DNA of 64,000 bases from Schmidtea polychroa (lineage: Eukaryota): positions 97,132,397-97,196,396 of the forward strand of contig CM097887.1 of assembly GCA_044892525.1 (NCBI GenBank), given 5' to 3'. Made by a program: the position numbers and the translations under genes. The notes under the pieces were generated by a model. It was not told the origin of the DNA and searched no databases. It was given only the letters and a program-made list of their open reading frames with translations. Position 1 is the first letter of the stretch. Each line of letters opens with the position of its first letter. Shown here piece after piece: positions 62,267 through 64,000 of the stretch.

Positions 62267-62609
62267 TTAACAAAGATGTTTATACATTAGCCAAGCTAGA
62301 CAATGTTGTCCACAAGTATTTGTTAATGGATGTTGAAACCGAGTTTTATTGTAATCAACTTGACCAATAATTGATAGCTTTTTGATCAATAGGGCTGGAT
62401 AGTAAAATCCCATTGGATCGAAAACATATATTTTATTCTGCTTCACGTAGACTGCAATCCAATGTTCTCCTCCCAGAGTAGACGAATCTGTGTTGACAAT
62501 TATGGCTTGATTCACATCTAAATAGGGGATTTTGTCTAGTGGGTACACTCCAACAAACTCATTAATTATATTTGAGTACCAATTCGATTTATCTGAATAG
62601 AACTAACAT
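62267..62609 (-). CDS. Adenain-like (C5-type) cysteine maturation protease of the Polinton; probable frameshift near its 5' end
   Basis: FVGVYPLDKIP, IVNTD....GEHW, VFDPMG, FQH...TCGQHC provide the His/Asp/Gln/Cys catalytic set. The in-frame ORF lacks an ATG; the nearest ATG (62609) is out of frame. Confidence 0.85.
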
Positions 62610-62673
62610 AATAATTTTATTAGTTTAAAGAAAACTTACTCCATGATAAATGTTTCTAGATTTATTCACACAT

Positions 62674-63894
62674 TTATACCAGCACAGTTCTATTTGCAGT
62701 AATTTGAACTTCATTTTCAAATACTCCATATATAATGACATGTAACGGTTCAGTAATGGCTCTTGCAAACTTTATATCCAGTCGTAAATTCCCGTTTTGT
62801 GGTAATTGACTCTGATTTAAATCAAAATCGGGGGCTAAAACAAATGTAAAAAATGGGTATTTGGTTTTAAATTCTTCAAGAGTTATTCCACAATTTAAGT
62901 TTTTATCTAAATAACCCAAATTTCTAACAATACTCTGCATATATGTAGCACAGTAATTATCACTTTCAAAATCTTGAGTATATGTTTCTCTATAATCAGT
63001 ATTTTTAGACAAAGTCAGTGATGTAACACCAAAGTTTTTGAAAATTGAGCTGGATGTAGTATATGATCCGTTATATTGAGTTTCACTTTGAAATGTTATC
63101 AGGATAAAATTAGGCATTCTTCTGTCACCAAATATTTGTTCTTTATAGAATGATGAAGCACCTTTAGCAATAGCGAATTGTACAATTTCCTTTGTCTTTA
63201 ATGGATAAATTGCATGTTTTGAATTAAGACCCCATTGATGACCAGCTAATACTGACGGGTCTACTCGAACTCTTCTCACCAATAATTTTGCATCAACTAA
63301 TTGACATATTGGTGCACCTGCACTAGTAAGAGATAATGCAGAATCTGATCTTTTCAGTCTAATATGTACATTAACTGCAGGGAGTAAATATTTCGGCTGA
63401 TCCATAAAGTCGAGTTGTAATGATGAGCACATGGTGAATATTTTTGAGCCTTTAACCCACTTTTTTCTTTCATCATCTGATGCTGCATAACCCATAGGAG
63501 TAAGACATGTATTTTTAGTATCGGAATTGTAATTTAAAATAGTTTCTATCAAGGCCTTGTGAATGAATGTATTATTTCCACCCTCAATCTTGATATTATT
63601 AAATCCCAACACTGCATCTTTAAAAAGAGTATGAAACATGAAATTGTTCGGTATTACATCTGCATTGGCATCCAAAACCTTTCTATCTTTATCTACAACC
63701 TTGATCTGAACAGTCAATAATGTATCGTTCAAATCTAAATATTCAGTTTGCGAACCATTAATATAAAACTCGATATCATTTCTACTATCGGTAATTGAAT
63801 TCATAGGAAAAACTTCCTCAAAGGCCCCAAATTCTATTACCGCTTGAGGCGACGGTCTATCAAATATACATAATTCGGATTTACCACAAATCAT
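62674..63894 (-). CDS. Polinton/adintovirus major capsid protein (double jelly roll, 'hexon'), intact 406 aa
   Basis: N-terminal KSELCIFDRPSPQ...IEFYI.GS..EYLDL and C-terminal GNLRLDIKF...IIYGVFENEVQI match the Maverick MCP pattern; lies next to the protease gene. Confidence 0.88.
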   Translation of the reverse strand: MICGKSELCIFDRPSPQAVIEFGAFEEVFPMNSITDSRNDIEFYINGSQTEYLDLNDTLLTVQIKVVDKDRKVLDANADVIPNNFMFHTLFKDAVLGFNNIKIEGGNNTFIHKALIETILNYNSDTKNTCLTPMGYAASDDERKKWVKGSKIFTMCSSLQLDFMDQPKYLLPAVNVHIRLKRSDSALSLTSAGAPICQLVDAKLLVRRVRVDPSVLAGHQWGLNSKHAIYPLKTKEIVQFAIAKGASSFYKEQIFGDRRMPNFILITFQSETQYNGSYTTSSSIFKNFGVTSLTLSKNTDYRETYTQDFESDNYCATYMQSIVRNLGYLDKNLNCGITLEEFKTKYPFFTFVLAPDFDLNQSQLPQNGNLRLDIKFARAITEPLHVIIYGVFENEVQITANRTVLV

Positions 63895-64000
63895 TTTGCA
63901 AATATAGTTCCATGTCCTTTCATTCGTTTGTTTATACGTGATATTCCATGTCTTTTACGTTTTGGAACATAATCTGGGGCTGGCTCTTTTTGAAACATAC
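63891..64000 (-). CDS. 3' end of a basic, core-protein-like ORF overlapping the capsid start codon (partial)
   Basis: ...MFQKEPAPDYVPKRKRHGISRINKRMKGHGTIFAK*; its TGA overlaps the capsid ATG (ATGA at 63894-63891). Confidence 0.6.
   Translation of the reverse strand, partial: MFQKEPAPDYVPKRKRHGISRINKRMKGHGTIFAK

Larger units (their letters stand above)
54513..64000. mobile_element. Endogenous Polinton/Maverick (adintovirus-like) element, left part; continues beyond the window
   Basis: pPolB, adenain-like protease, double-jelly-roll major capsid protein and basic core-like ORF in one compact block. Left boundary inferred from an AGTAG start followed by repeat arrays (tentative). Confidence 0.85.

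Noticed and set aside
1-64000. tRNA or rRNA genes
   Set aside because: None seen; the only tRNA-related sequence is the gypsy primer-binding site.

Overview
Very AT-rich animal (metazoan) genomic DNA with many N-gaps and spliceosomal GT-AG introns, many only 34-55 nt long. This suggests a compact or derived invertebrate genome; an orthonectid-like host is a guess only. No rRNA, tRNA or CRISPR was found. Two host genes on the minus strand can be rebuilt exon by exon with consistent reading phases. One is a divergent NR4A/HR38-type nuclear receptor (about 8.9-30.0 kb, part of its N-terminus lost in a gap). The other is a complete ~600-aa otopetrin proton-channel gene (9 coding exons, 33.2-49.9 kb). 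A partial unknown gene lies at the left edge. The introns hold many mobile elements: a decayed Ty3/gypsy element with four CCHC knuckles, piggyBac, hAT and pogo/Tc1 derivatives with intact target-site duplications, two foldback (hairpin) families, and a histone H4 pseudogene. The right ~9.5 kb is the left part of an endogenous Polinton/Maverick (adintovirus-like) dsDNA virus. It has a frameshifted protein-primed PolB with an unusual Zn-finger/SIM/acidic-repeat N-terminus, an adenain-type protease, an intact major capsid protein and a basic core-like ORF. Its putative left end (AGTAG at 54513) is followed by an AP-1 palindrome and ~19 same-strand AGGTCA nuclear-receptor half-sites, the most intriguing structure in the window. 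All calls are by eye; no database search was run.
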